From the NCBI GenBank assembly GCA_964402115.1, contig CAYOBW010000001.1, positions 63,645-104,793 of the forward strand: DNA of 41,149 nt. Reading direction: 5' to 3'. Source of the stretch: an uncultured Victivallales bacterium. Lineage in GTDB: Bacteria > Verrucomicrobiota > Kiritimatiellia > UBA8416 > CAYOBW01. Positions 27,796 through 36,495 of this stretch are shown here, piece by piece; position 1 is the stretch's first letter, and the number at the start of each line of letters is the position of its first letter. A program made the translations under genes and the position numbers. The notes under the pieces were generated by a model. That model saw only the letters and a program-made list of their open reading frames with translations. It was not told the origin of the DNA and ran no database searches.

Positions 27796-28776
27796 TCAAG
27801 GCTTGGCCGGCGCGGGTTGTGCCGCCGGTTGCGGCGCCGGCGGTGTGGCGGCTTGTTTCTGACGGCGCTCCATGAGCTGCACGATCCGTTCACCCTCGGC
27901 GCGATCGGCGTCGGTCTTGGCGTTTGCCGCGTTCTTGCGCGCCAGGGCCAGGCCCTCTTCCGGCTTGCCGCCCTCGAAAGCCAGCACGCTGCGCACCAGC
28001 ACGATGCGGAAATGGTCGGCGCCCACGCTCTTCGCGGCCTGGGTCAGGGCCTGCTCGGCCAGCGCCGGGTCGCGCTTCGGGTTGCGGGGGTTGCCGGCCA
28101 CGGTCATGGCGAGGTCGCACAGCAGTTCCACGTCGTCACCCGCGTCCTTGATTAGCTGCGCGGCGAGTTCCGGCACGGTCGCGTCGTTCGCGAAGGACTT
28201 GCGGGCGAGGTCGGTGACCCGGTCGCGCAGCGCCATCCGCGTCCGTTCCCTGGCCAGGTCGTAGGTGCCGGCGAGGATGGCATCCAGAGCGCCTTCCAGC
28301 CCGGCCATGGGGTGCCCGTGCCAGAGGATCCGCTTGTCCTTGCCCACGATGTAGGCGTGCGGAATGCCGCCAATGCCGAAGGCCTTCTGATACGCCGTGG
28401 CGGAGAGGTTGTTGCTGTCGCATGCCACAACGTAGTCCATCTGCGCACCCATGCCGGCCAGGAAATTGGTGACCGTGGCCAGGGGTTCGCCGCTGATGCC
28501 GACGATCGTCACGCCGCGTTCCCTGTACTTCTGCTGCACCGCCGTCAGGTGCGGAATGCTCTTGCGGCAGGGGGGGCACCACGTCGCCCAGAACTCGACG
28601 ACGTAGACCTGCTTCCCGTCCGTCACGTCAACCGGCCCGCCCTTGACCCACGTGCCGATGTTCAGCGGGGTGGCCGCCTCGCCAAGTTCGGCGGCCCGGA
28701 CAGATCCGACCAGCAACAGCCCCGCCACCAGGGCGGCGTTACACGGCAGCATGCGTGACATTGAATGACTCCTCAT
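27796..28776 (-). CDS. TlpA/ResA-family thiol-disulfide oxidoreductase (thioredoxin fold, WCPPC) with C-terminal TPR-like helical extension and Pro/Ala/Gln tail
   Basis: Signal/anchor MRSHSMSRMLPCNAALVAGLLLVGSVRA. VVEFWATWCPPCRKSIPHL active site. C-terminal ~150 aa helical region and PAPQPAAQPAPAKP tail. Start ATG overlaps the flotillin stop (ATGA at 28773-28776). Confidence 0.8.
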   Translation of the reverse strand: MRSHSMSRMLPCNAALVAGLLLVGSVRAAELGEAATPLNIGTWVKGGPVDVTDGKQVYVVEFWATWCPPCRKSIPHLTAVQQKYRERGVTIVGISGEPLATVTNFLAGMGAQMDYVVACDSNNLSATAYQKAFGIGGIPHAYIVGKDKRILWHGHPMAGLEGALDAILAGTYDLARERTRMALRDRVTDLARKSFANDATVPELAAQLIKDAGDDVELLCDLAMTVAGNPRNPKRDPALAEQALTQAAKSVGADHFRIVLVRSVLAFEGGKPEEGLALARKNAANAKTDADRAEGERIVQLMERRQKQAATPPAPQPAAQPAPAKP

Positions 28777-30338
28777 GTTGTTTGCTCATCCCCCGCGGCG
28801 GCGGGCTTCGCCGCCGCCGTCCCCGGCTTCTCCGGCTGCGCGGTCAGGCGGCCAAGGAATTCGGGCAGATCCAGCCCCACCTGGCGCGCCAGCTCGTGCA
28901 TGGGGGGCAGGGCGCCCATGAGCTTCTTACCCAGTCCGGAGAGGCCGCCATTTTCGCCGCCGCCATCCCAGACGATCACCTTCTGCAACGGCAGGTTGGA
29001 GATCGCCTTGGCCTGCACCGTGGCAATCTCCGTCAGCTTTTCGATCATCAGCAGCGTGGTAGCCAACTGCGGGTCGCCAGCCGCCTGGACCAGGTTGTGA
29101 TACCCGGTGGCCTTGCCGTCGAGCACGGCCTGGGTGCCCTGGCCTTCGGCCGTCATTCTCGCCAGGGTCGCTTCGGCCTGTCCCTTGGCCAGCAGCACCG
29201 TTTGCTCCTTCTGCGCTTCGGCCGCGATCACGACGCGCTGACGCTCGGCCGCGGCGGGCACGACGACCTCGGCGTTCAGCCGCGACTGCTCGCGCATGGC
29301 GCGCGCATCCTCGGCCTTCTTCTGGGCCGTTTCCTGGGCGACGCGGATGGCGCCATCCGCCTCGCGCGAGGCGGTTTCACCGCGGTTACGCGCCTCTTCC
29401 TCGGCCACTTTCTGGTTTGCGCGGTAGCTGGCCTTCCTGGCGCCGGCATCGGTTTCGGCGTTGACCGCCTCCGCGTCCAGCTTGGCGGTCTGCTGCCGGC
29501 GGCTGCGGTCGGCGTTGGCTTCGCCCACCTGCGCCTCGGCGTTGGCCGCCGCCACGAGCTGGCGCTTCTTGCGGTTCGCGTCCGCCTCGCCGATTTCCGC
29601 GTCCGCGTTGGCCGCCGCCACGGCCACGCGCTGATCGCGCTCGCGCTCGGCGACGCCCATGGCGCCCAGCTTCTCCTGCTCGGCCACGTCGATGTTGGCC
29701 TGGTTGATGGCTTCGGCCGCCGCCTTGCGGCCGATGGCCTTGATGTAGCCGGACTCGTCGTCGATGTCGCGGATGTTGACGTTGATCACCGCCAGGCCGA
29801 TCTTCTCGAGCTCGACGGCCACGGCCTCGTTCACCTTCGCCATGAACGCCTGCCGGTCACGGTTGATGTCCTCGATCTTCATCGTGGCGATGACCGCGCG
29901 CATCTGGCCGATGATAATGTCCTGCGCCTGCGTCCGAATCTGTTCGCTGCCCTGTCCCAGGAGGCGCACGGCCGCGTTCTCCATGATGCCCGGCTGGTTG
30001 GAGACGGCCGCGGTTACGGTCGTGGGCACGGTGACGCGGATGTTCTCCTGCGAGAGGGCGTTCGCCAGGTCGATGGGCACGACGAAAGGCTCCAGGTCGA
30101 GGTAATCATAGGCCTGGAACAGGGGCCAGACGAAGGCCGCCCCGCCGTGGACGCACTTGGCCGCCCCGCTGCCGGTGCGGCCGTAGATGACGAGGATCTT
30201 GTTCGACGGACAGCGCCGGTAGCGCCTGGCGAAGACCATGAAAAGCACGACGACGGTCACGCCCAGCAGCAACGCCATGCCCACCCCGGCTAAGCCCGTC
30301 CCGCCGTCCCGCCCGCTGCCGATGGCCGCCATGGTCAT
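28773..30338 (-). CDS. Flotillin / SPFH (band 7) family protein (~522 aa)
   Basis: Start MTMAAIGSGRDGGTGLAGVGMALLLGVTVVVLFMVFARRYRRCPSNKILVIYGRTGSG (membrane anchor + SPFH start). Long Ala/Glu/Gln-rich coiled-coil flotillin repeats (AEAQVGEANADR, AEIGEADANRKKRQ). C-terminal LMIEKLTEIA...VIVWDGG. The track ORF's upstream 231 codons overlap nfeD in another frame and are not coding. Confidence 0.85.
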   Translation of the reverse strand: MTMAAIGSGRDGGTGLAGVGMALLLGVTVVVLFMVFARRYRRCPSNKILVIYGRTGSGAAKCVHGGAAFVWPLFQAYDYLDLEPFVVPIDLANALSQENIRVTVPTTVTAAVSNQPGIMENAAVRLLGQGSEQIRTQAQDIIIGQMRAVIATMKIEDINRDRQAFMAKVNEAVAVELEKIGLAVINVNIRDIDDESGYIKAIGRKAAAEAINQANIDVAEQEKLGAMGVAERERDQRVAVAAANADAEIGEADANRKKRQLVAAANAEAQVGEANADRSRRQQTAKLDAEAVNAETDAGARKASYRANQKVAEEEARNRGETASREADGAIRVAQETAQKKAEDARAMREQSRLNAEVVVPAAAERQRVVIAAEAQKEQTVLLAKGQAEATLARMTAEGQGTQAVLDGKATGYHNLVQAAGDPQLATTLLMIEKLTEIATVQAKAISNLPLQKVIVWDGGGENGGLSGLGKKLMGALPPMHELARQVGLDLPEFLGRLTAQPEKPGTAAAKPAAAGDEQTT

Positions 30339-30355
30339 GAGACCCAGTAGACCGC

Positions 30356-30994
30356 TCACTGTGCACCCCCTGTCTGGCTGCTGTCCGCCGTTTCCGGCCG
30401 CACCTCGATCATGTCCGCGCCGATCAGCCGTTCGACGCGTACCCTTGTCCCGGCCTTGAGCCCACCGCTGCCGGCCGCGCGCGCCTTCAGGTGGGTCATG
30501 ACGCCACTGCACAACATGCGCACCTCGCCCTGGCCGCCGGTGGGAATATCGAGATAGACCGTGCCCACGGCCCCCACGCAGGTGGCGAGCTTGAGGTTGC
30601 CCGTCTCGGTCATGCGCCGCATGCCGTGCACGATCCCCGCCACGGCCAGCATGCCGGCCAGGCCCCAGAGCAGGCCGTAGAGCGTGGCCCGGAGCGGGGC
30701 CGTGCCGCTGCTCATGTAAAGCGCGCCGGCCCAGGAGAAGAGCGTGAAGAAGGCGACCACGGAGCGGATGCTGATGAGCTTGAAGGCCATCACGGAGTCC
30801 TGGGCGTCGTCGGGCGTGTGGTGCGCGGCGCTGGGGTCCACGTGGGTGTCCACATCGAGGTCGTCCTGGCTGCCGAGGCCCATGAAGGCGCCAATCATCT
30901 GCCAGATGAAGAAGACGCCGAAGAAGGTCGCCGCGATGTAGAACCATTGATTGACGGGCGCCAGAGTCTGCCACCACTGCGTGATCGCTGTCAT
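30356..30994 (-). CDS. NfeD/YqiJ-like membrane protein (flotillin partner), 212 aa
   Basis: Strong SD AAGGGAGGGGAG before ATG 30994. Multiple TM helices followed by a C-terminal OB-fold-like soluble domain (GEVRMLCSGVMTHLKA...GTRVRVERLIGADMIEVRP). Stop 18 nt before the flotillin start: the classic nfeD-flotillin pair. Confidence 0.8.
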   Translation of the reverse strand: MTAITQWWQTLAPVNQWFYIAATFFGVFFIWQMIGAFMGLGSQDDLDVDTHVDPSAAHHTPDDAQDSVMAFKLISIRSVVAFFTLFSWAGALYMSSGTAPLRATLYGLLWGLAGMLAVAGIVHGMRRMTETGNLKLATCVGAVGTVYLDIPTGGQGEVRMLCSGVMTHLKARAAGSGGLKAGTRVRVERLIGADMIEVRPETADSSQTGGAQ

Positions 30995-31082
30995 AGCCGC
31001 TCCCCTCCCTTGGCGCGAAGCCTGCCTGCAACCGCCGTCAGTTTCGCATGCCGCCGCGAAAACGCAAGTCAGATCCCGACAC

Positions 31083-32048
31083 TCAGATCCCGGCGCTGGG
31101 CTTGTTCTCCAGGCCGTCGGCCTTATGTCCGGCGCCAGCCTGCTCCCGGATCAGCGGGTCGGGCTGCTGGTTGAGCACCTTCGAGCCCGCCGGGACCGAG
31201 TGGGTCAGCCATACGTTGCCGCCGATCACTGACCCGGCGCCGATGGACGTCTGGCCGCCGAGGATGGTTGCCCCGGCGTAGATCACGACGTTGTCCCCCA
31301 CGTTCGGGTGGCGCTTCGTGCCTTTGATCAGGCGCCCCTGGGCGTCCTTCTCGAAGCTCAGCGCTCCCAGCGTGACGCCCTGGTAGAGCTTCACGTTACG
31401 GCCGATCTCGCAGGTCTCGCCGATCACGACGCCCGTGCCGTGGTCGATGAAGAATCCCGGTCCGATCTGGGCGCCCGGGTGGATGTCGATGCCGGTCTGC
31501 GAGTGGGCGTACTCGGACATGACGCGCGGCACGAGCGGCGTGCCCTTCTCGTAGAGCAGGTGGGCGATGCGGTGCACGGAGATGGCCAGCAGGCCCGGGT
31601 AGCACATCACCACTTCCATGGTGGACTGCGCGGCGGGATCGCCCTCGAAGGCGGCCACGATGTCGGCCTGCAGGGTCTCCTGCACGCGCGGCAACGATTG
31701 CAGGACGTGCGCCACGACGGCGTCGGCCTTCTCCCCGCACTTGTCGCAGTCGGCGCACGGGGTAACCGTGCACTGGTACTCGATGGCGTGGCGGACGATG
31801 CCGCCCAGCTCGTAGGCGATGTGGTGCAGCCGGCTCTTGACGTGCCGCACGAGCTCCTCGCCGCGCGCCGGGTCGGAGCCGTGGCAGCCGGGGAACAGGA
31901 CGGCGATCAGCTCCTTGAGGATCCGGATGGCTGTCTGCTGGCCGCTGAGGTTCAGGGCCTGCTCGCTATCGGCCTTGATCGGGCAGTGGCCGCACGCCGT
32001 GAGATGTCGCACGGCTTCGGCAATCAGCTGGTCGGTTGGTGTGGGCAT
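31083..32048 (-). CDS. cysE: Serine O-acetyltransferase (hexapeptide-repeat left-handed beta-helix) with N-terminal extension
   Basis: AAGGAG SD 10 nt before ATG 32048. SAT blocks: GIDIHPGAQIGPGFFIDHGTGVVIGETCEIGRNVKLYQGVTLG, then hexapeptide repeats PNVGDNVVIYAGATILGGQTSIGAGSVIGGNVWL. Cys-rich N-terminal ~130 aa extension (CGHCP...CADCDKCGE). Confidence 0.85.
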   Translation of the reverse strand: MPTPTDQLIAEAVRHLTACGHCPIKADSEQALNLSGQQTAIRILKELIAVLFPGCHGSDPARGEELVRHVKSRLHHIAYELGGIVRHAIEYQCTVTPCADCDKCGEKADAVVAHVLQSLPRVQETLQADIVAAFEGDPAAQSTMEVVMCYPGLLAISVHRIAHLLYEKGTPLVPRVMSEYAHSQTGIDIHPGAQIGPGFFIDHGTGVVIGETCEIGRNVKLYQGVTLGALSFEKDAQGRLIKGTKRHPNVGDNVVIYAGATILGGQTSIGAGSVIGGNVWLTHSVPAGSKVLNQQPDPLIREQAGAGHKADGLENKPSAGI

Positions 32049-32054
32049 GGGTTG

Positions 32055-33935
32055 CTACTCCTTCGCCACGCGCGCCAGGACCCGGTCCGCTCCCAGGTTC
32101 GTGGCGCCCAGGCGCACGAGCAGGTTGCTGACGGGCCCGGAGGGGAGGCAGCGCAGCTCGAGAATGCGGATGCGCTCCTCCCGGCACAGGGCGATGAAAT
32201 CCTTGAGGGTGAAGAGATGGATGTTCGGCGTGTCGTACCACTCGAACGGCAGCAGCCGGTCCTTCGGCATCCGTCCATGGGCGAGGAGCGCCAGCCGCCG
32301 CGACCACTTGGCGAAATTGGGGAAGCTGACGATGCCCTCGCGCGCCACGCGCAGCAGCTCGCCCAGCACGAATCGGGGCTGGCGGACGACCTGCATGGTT
32401 TCGCTCAGGACGGCGTAGTCGTACGCGCCGTCCGGCAGCATCTGGAGCCCCGCTTCCATGTCCTCCTGGAAGACGGCATGGCCGCGGTCCAGCGCGTCAA
32501 TGGCCTGGTTGAGGTCGATCTCGATGCCGATGCCGCGCACCTGGCGCCGGCGCGCAAGGTGCGTGAGCAGGGTGCCGTTGCCGCAGCCGAGGTCCAGGAC
32601 GCGCGAGCCCGGCTTGACCCAGTCCACGATCAGGTCGTATTCGCGCGGGTAGGCGTTGCCGACCCGCACGGGCGCCGACGGTGGCGTATCCGCCGTGGGC
32701 ATGCCCGGGTGCCAGAGGCGGAACCGCCGGCGGGGCGGATGCGCCGGCGCGCCGCCCTCGGGCGCGGCGTCGGCCGCGCCGTCGGGGCGCGTCCCCACCC
32801 ACGGCAGGAAGGCCCGGACGACTTCGGTCAGATGGGCGATGTCCACGAGGAACGCGTCGTGGCCGTGCGGCGCGTAGAGCTTGCAGTAGGAAACGTGTTT
32901 GTCCGCGCGCAGCAGGGCGTTGGCCAGGTCGATCGACTGCTCGGGCGGGAATAGCCAGTCGGCGCTGAGCGCGACGATCAGCACCTTGGCCTGCACGGTC
33001 GCGAAGGCCTTCTCGAGCGTGCCGGCGCGCTCGGCAAGGTCGAACTCGTCCATGGCCCGCGTGATCGCCAGGTAGGAATTGGCGTCGAAGCGCTTGATGA
33101 ACTTCGCACCCTGGTGGTCGAGGTAGCTCTCGACCTGGAAGCCCGTGCGCTGCGTCTGGCGCTCGCGGCCGAACTTGCGCGCCATGATCTCGGGGGAGAG
33201 GTATGTGATGTGCCCGATCATGCGGGCGTGGGCCAGCCCCCGCACCGGGCCCGGGCCTTCGGTGTAGTAATCGCCCTGCCGCCAGCCCGGGTCTTCGGTG
33301 ATGGCCTTGCGGCCGACCACGTCGAAGGCGAGGGCCTGCGTGGAGAGGCTGGCGCCCGAGGCGATGCAGATGCAGTGCTCGACGCTCTCCGGAAACCGCA
33401 CCGTCCACTCCAGCGCCTGCATGCCGCCCAGCGAGCCGCCGATGACCGCGGCCACGCGCGCGATGCCGAGGTGGCCGAGCAGGAGGCGGTGGACGTTCAC
33501 GATGTCGCCCACCGTGATTTCCGGGAACGCCGCCCCGTAGGGCTGCCCCGTCGCCGGGTTCATCGAGGAGGGGCCCGTCGTGCCCTTGCAGCCGCCGAGG
33601 ATGTTCGCGCAGACCACGAAGTAGACGTTCGTGTCCACGCCCTTGCCGGGCCCCACCATCTCCTCCCACCAGCCGCGCGAGGCGTCGCTCTCCGTGTGGT
33701 AGCCGGCCACATGCGCGTCGCCGGTGAGGGCGTGGCAGATGAAAACGGCGTTGTCGCGGCCGGGGCGCAGCGTGCCGTACGTCTCGTAGGCGACCTCCAC
33801 CCCGGGCAGCACGCCGCCGCCTTCGAGGCGCAACCCCTCCGGCAGGTCGAGGCGCGCGATCTGCGTCTGCACGCGGCCCACGCTTTCGGGCGGCGGGAAG
33901 GGCGCGGCTGCCGGCGCTGTGGCGGCGGCGCTCAT
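32055..33935 (-). CDS. metXW: Homoserine O-acetyltransferase fused to MetW methyltransferase-like domain (MetX::MetW, 626 aa)
   Basis: MetX alpha/beta-hydrolase N-terminus (FICHALTGDAHVAG, AVIGGSLGGMQALEW, nucleophile GxSxG). After a Pro/Ala linker, a MetW-type SAM-MT domain (WVKPGSRVLDLGCGNGTLLTHLARRRQVRGIGIEID...PNFAKW...). Stop at 32055-57 sits inside the cysE SD; start overlaps the cutA stop (ATGA). Confidence 0.85.
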   Translation of the reverse strand: MSAAATAPAAAPFPPPESVGRVQTQIARLDLPEGLRLEGGGVLPGVEVAYETYGTLRPGRDNAVFICHALTGDAHVAGYHTESDASRGWWEEMVGPGKGVDTNVYFVVCANILGGCKGTTGPSSMNPATGQPYGAAFPEITVGDIVNVHRLLLGHLGIARVAAVIGGSLGGMQALEWTVRFPESVEHCICIASGASLSTQALAFDVVGRKAITEDPGWRQGDYYTEGPGPVRGLAHARMIGHITYLSPEIMARKFGRERQTQRTGFQVESYLDHQGAKFIKRFDANSYLAITRAMDEFDLAERAGTLEKAFATVQAKVLIVALSADWLFPPEQSIDLANALLRADKHVSYCKLYAPHGHDAFLVDIAHLTEVVRAFLPWVGTRPDGAADAAPEGGAPAHPPRRRFRLWHPGMPTADTPPSAPVRVGNAYPREYDLIVDWVKPGSRVLDLGCGNGTLLTHLARRRQVRGIGIEIDLNQAIDALDRGHAVFQEDMEAGLQMLPDGAYDYAVLSETMQVVRQPRFVLGELLRVAREGIVSFPNFAKWSRRLALLAHGRMPKDRLLPFEWYDTPNIHLFTLKDFIALCREERIRILELRCLPSGPVSNLLVRLGATNLGADRVLARVAKE

Positions 33936-34288
33936 GCTGGCTCCCCCGCCGCCGCGTCCGCGGTCTCCCGCTCGATCCAGGCCAGGTAGGGGGCGTGGCC
34001 CGCCGTCACCGGCAGCACGAGGATCTCGGGCACCTCGTAAGGGTGGTTGGCCTTGATGAAGGCCAGCAGCGCGGCGACCCGCGCCTGCTGCGTCTTGGCG
34101 GTCAGGCGGAACTCGGCGGCGGTTTCGATCCGTCCCTGCCAGTGGTACACGCTCCGGATGGGGGTGGTCTGGACGCAGGCCGCCAGCCGCGCCGTGACGA
34201 TGCGCCGGGCCAGCTCCTCCGCCCGATCCGCCCCGTCCAGCGTGGTTTCCACCACCGCGCAGCCACTCGTTGTGCGTTTGTCAGCCAT
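33932..34288 (-). CDS. cutA: Divalent-cation tolerance protein CutA (118 aa)
   Basis: CutA1 family blocks: CAVVETTLDGADRAEELARRIVTARLAACVQ...RSVYHWQGRIE...HPYEVPEILVLPV. 4-nt overlap with the metXW start. Confidence 0.8.
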   Translation of the reverse strand: MADKRTTSGCAVVETTLDGADRAEELARRIVTARLAACVQTTPIRSVYHWQGRIETAAEFRLTAKTQQARVAALLAFIKANHPYEVPEILVLPVTAGHAPYLAWIERETADAAAGEPA

Positions 34289-34460
34289 GGGTCCCCATCA
34301 ACACCGAAGCATACGGCATCGTGAGCGGGTTGTCAGCATTTTGAATCCGCTTGACCATTTGCCGGGCGGGGGTGTTGACTGTGATGGGAAAATTCGAGGC
34401 AGGAGCAAGCTGCATGGCTTCCCCTGCCGCCTTCCGGTCGCTGCGGAACAAGGAGATCAC

Positions 34461-36464
34461 ATGGGGGCGAAACGCGAGACCGTCAGACGTGCGCCAGCGG
34501 CGCCCGCCGCCGACACCTTGCCACCGTGCGCGTTTCAGGACCTGCTGCTGCGGCTGTCCACGCGCATGATCAACCTGCCCGTGGCGGAAACCGATGCTGC
34601 CATCCTGGAAACCCTCGCAGCCATGGGGCAGTTCGTGGCGGCCGACCGGGCCTACCTCATCACCTTCACGCCTGAGCGCGAGCATTGGATGCTCACCCAC
34701 AAATGGACCGGACCCGGCGCCCCGGCGGGGCTGCCGATGTGTACACCCGTGCCGCTGAAAGCGTTCCCCTGGTCCGCCGGACTGATGGCGCAGGGGTTGC
34801 CCCTCGTGGTGAGCGGCCCCGCCGACTACCCGCCGGAAGGCGCCCCCGAGCAGGCCCTCTGTGCGCGGGAGGGGGTGCAGGCGTATCTCCAGGTGCCGCT
34901 TTCCGTCGCCGGACGCAGCCAGGGGTGCGCCGGCCTCTCGTGTCTGCGTCCCCGCCCGTGGCGCCCGTCCGAGGTGGCCTTGCTGCAACTCGGCGCCAAC
35001 ATGCTGGCTGGCCTGCTGGAGCGCGCCCGCGTCGCCCGCGAGCTGGCGGAGCGCGATGCCCGCCAGCGCGCGATCTTCCAGGCCGCCGACCAGGTGGGTT
35101 TTATCGTCACCGATACAGGCAAACCGGAGGCGCGCGTGGTGGAGTTCAGCCCCGGCGCCGAACGCCTGTTCGGTTTCACGTCCGCCGAGGTTGTCGGCCA
35201 ATCGTTCCTGGGCCTGATTCCCGCCGATGGCCAGGATACGGCGCGGCGCATCGCTGCCGCCATGCTGGACGGCGCACAGGGGTACCGGGGTCAGATCACG
35301 CTGGCGCGCAAGGATGGCACGCTGTTCCCGGCCCTGCTGGCCACCTACCTGCTGCACGACGGCGGCGGTTCCGTCACCGGGTTGCTGGGCGTTTGTCTCG
35401 ACCTCTCCCGCGAGCAGCGGGAGCGCGCGCTGATGCAGACGCTGGTGGACTCGGCCAGCGATCCCGCCCTGCTGCTCGATCGCGAGGGCCGGGTGCTGGC
35501 GGCCAACGAGACGCTGGCGCGGCGCATGGGGCGTGTGACCGCCGACCTCGTGGGCGTGCCGATCTTCGACACGTTTCCGCCCGAAGTGGCAGCCTGCCGC
35601 CACGCGGCGTTCGCACGCGTGCTGTCAACCGGCGAACCGCTCCGCCACCAGGATGCCAGCGGCAAACGGCACTACGATGTGCTGCTGACGCCGGTCAAGG
35701 GGCCGGACGGGCGCGTGAACGCCGTGGCTGTCTACGCCCGTGACATCAGCAGCCTCGTGCGCGCGGAGCAGGAGCTGCTGAACGTGCTCCAGCATGAGCG
35801 CCACCGTGTCGTGCACACGCTGCACGACTCCGTCGGCCAGCAGCTGGCCGGCACGCGGTTTCTCTGCGACGCGCTGGCGGCTCGCACGCGGACCGTGGCG
35901 CCGGACGTGGCCGAACAGGCGACCACGATCGCCGCGCTGATTACCGAGGCGATCCAGCAGGTGCGCGCCATCAACCGCGGGCTGTGCCCGGTGAGCCTTG
36001 ACGAGCAGGGTCTGGCGGTGGCCTTGCAGAAGCTGGCCGAGGACGTGCAGCAGGTTTTCCATGTGCCGTGCCTGGTCCATACCGGAGCGCGCGAGACACC
36101 GGTGCGCGACGAGCGCATCGCCACGCAGCTCTACTTCATTGCCCACGAGCTGGTGCTGAACGCCGTCAGGCACGGCAAGCCCAAAGGGATTATCGTGGAT
36201 GTGCGCGTTTACGCCGACAGTGGCGAGTTGCGGGTCACCGACGACGGCACGGGGCTGCCGCCCGACTGGGATCAGCGCGACGGACTCGGCCTGCGGCTCG
36301 CCTTCCATCGGGCCGGCTTGATCTGCGCCCGCCTGAGCATTGTGCCGGGGCAGCCGCGGGGCACGGTTGCCACCTGCCGGTTTCCCCTCGACCTGCCGCT
36401 CTCGACGGAAACGCCCTGGGGGGTGCCCCTGGCGCTCTGGTTCGAAGCCGGGAAAGAGCGCTAA
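34461..36464 (+). CDS. Sensor histidine kinase (GAF + 2x PAS + HisKA_3 + HATPase_c), cytoplasmic, no adjacent response regulator
   Basis: AAGGAG SD then ATG 34461. GAF-like N-terminus. PAS blocks (AIFQAADQVGFIVTD..., LVDSASDPALLLDREGRVLAANE). H-box HERHRVVHTLHDSVGQQLAGTRF (NarX/LiaS-type HisKA_3). ATPase VLNAVRHGKP...VTDDGTGLP...GLGLR. The track ORF's 138 upstream codons overlap cutA antisense. Confidence 0.85.
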   Translation: MGAKRETVRRAPAAPAADTLPPCAFQDLLLRLSTRMINLPVAETDAAILETLAAMGQFVAADRAYLITFTPEREHWMLTHKWTGPGAPAGLPMCTPVPLKAFPWSAGLMAQGLPLVVSGPADYPPEGAPEQALCAREGVQAYLQVPLSVAGRSQGCAGLSCLRPRPWRPSEVALLQLGANMLAGLLERARVARELAERDARQRAIFQAADQVGFIVTDTGKPEARVVEFSPGAERLFGFTSAEVVGQSFLGLIPADGQDTARRIAAAMLDGAQGYRGQITLARKDGTLFPALLATYLLHDGGGSVTGLLGVCLDLSREQRERALMQTLVDSASDPALLLDREGRVLAANETLARRMGRVTADLVGVPIFDTFPPEVAACRHAAFARVLSTGEPLRHQDASGKRHYDVLLTPVKGPDGRVNAVAVYARDISSLVRAEQELLNVLQHERHRVVHTLHDSVGQQLAGTRFLCDALAARTRTVAPDVAEQATTIAALITEAIQQVRAINRGLCPVSLDEQGLAVALQKLAEDVQQVFHVPCLVHTGARETPVRDERIATQLYFIAHELVLNAVRHGKPKGIIVDVRVYADSGELRVTDDGTGLPPDWDQRDGLGLRLAFHRAGLICARLSIVPGQPRGTVATCRFPLDLPLSTETPWGVPLALWFEAGKER

Positions 36465-36495
36465 GGCCCGCACGTTTCGCGTGGGAGGAGGTCAG

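Noticed and set aside
30339-31031. 231-codon N-terminal extension of the flotillin ORF in the track
   Set aside because: His/Arg/Gly-rich junk that overlaps the well-supported nfeD gene in a different frame. The flotillin start MTMAAIGSG at 30338 sits 18 nt after the nfeD stop.
31308-33669. Antisense ORFs (31308..32954 +, 32497..33669 -) over the cysE/metXW genes
   Set aside because: No domain signatures. The real genes have clear SAT and MetX/MetW motifs and SD-coupled starts.
34047-34460. 138-codon upstream extension of the sensor kinase ORF
   Set aside because: It overlaps cutA antisense. A good AAGGAG RBS precedes ATG 34461.
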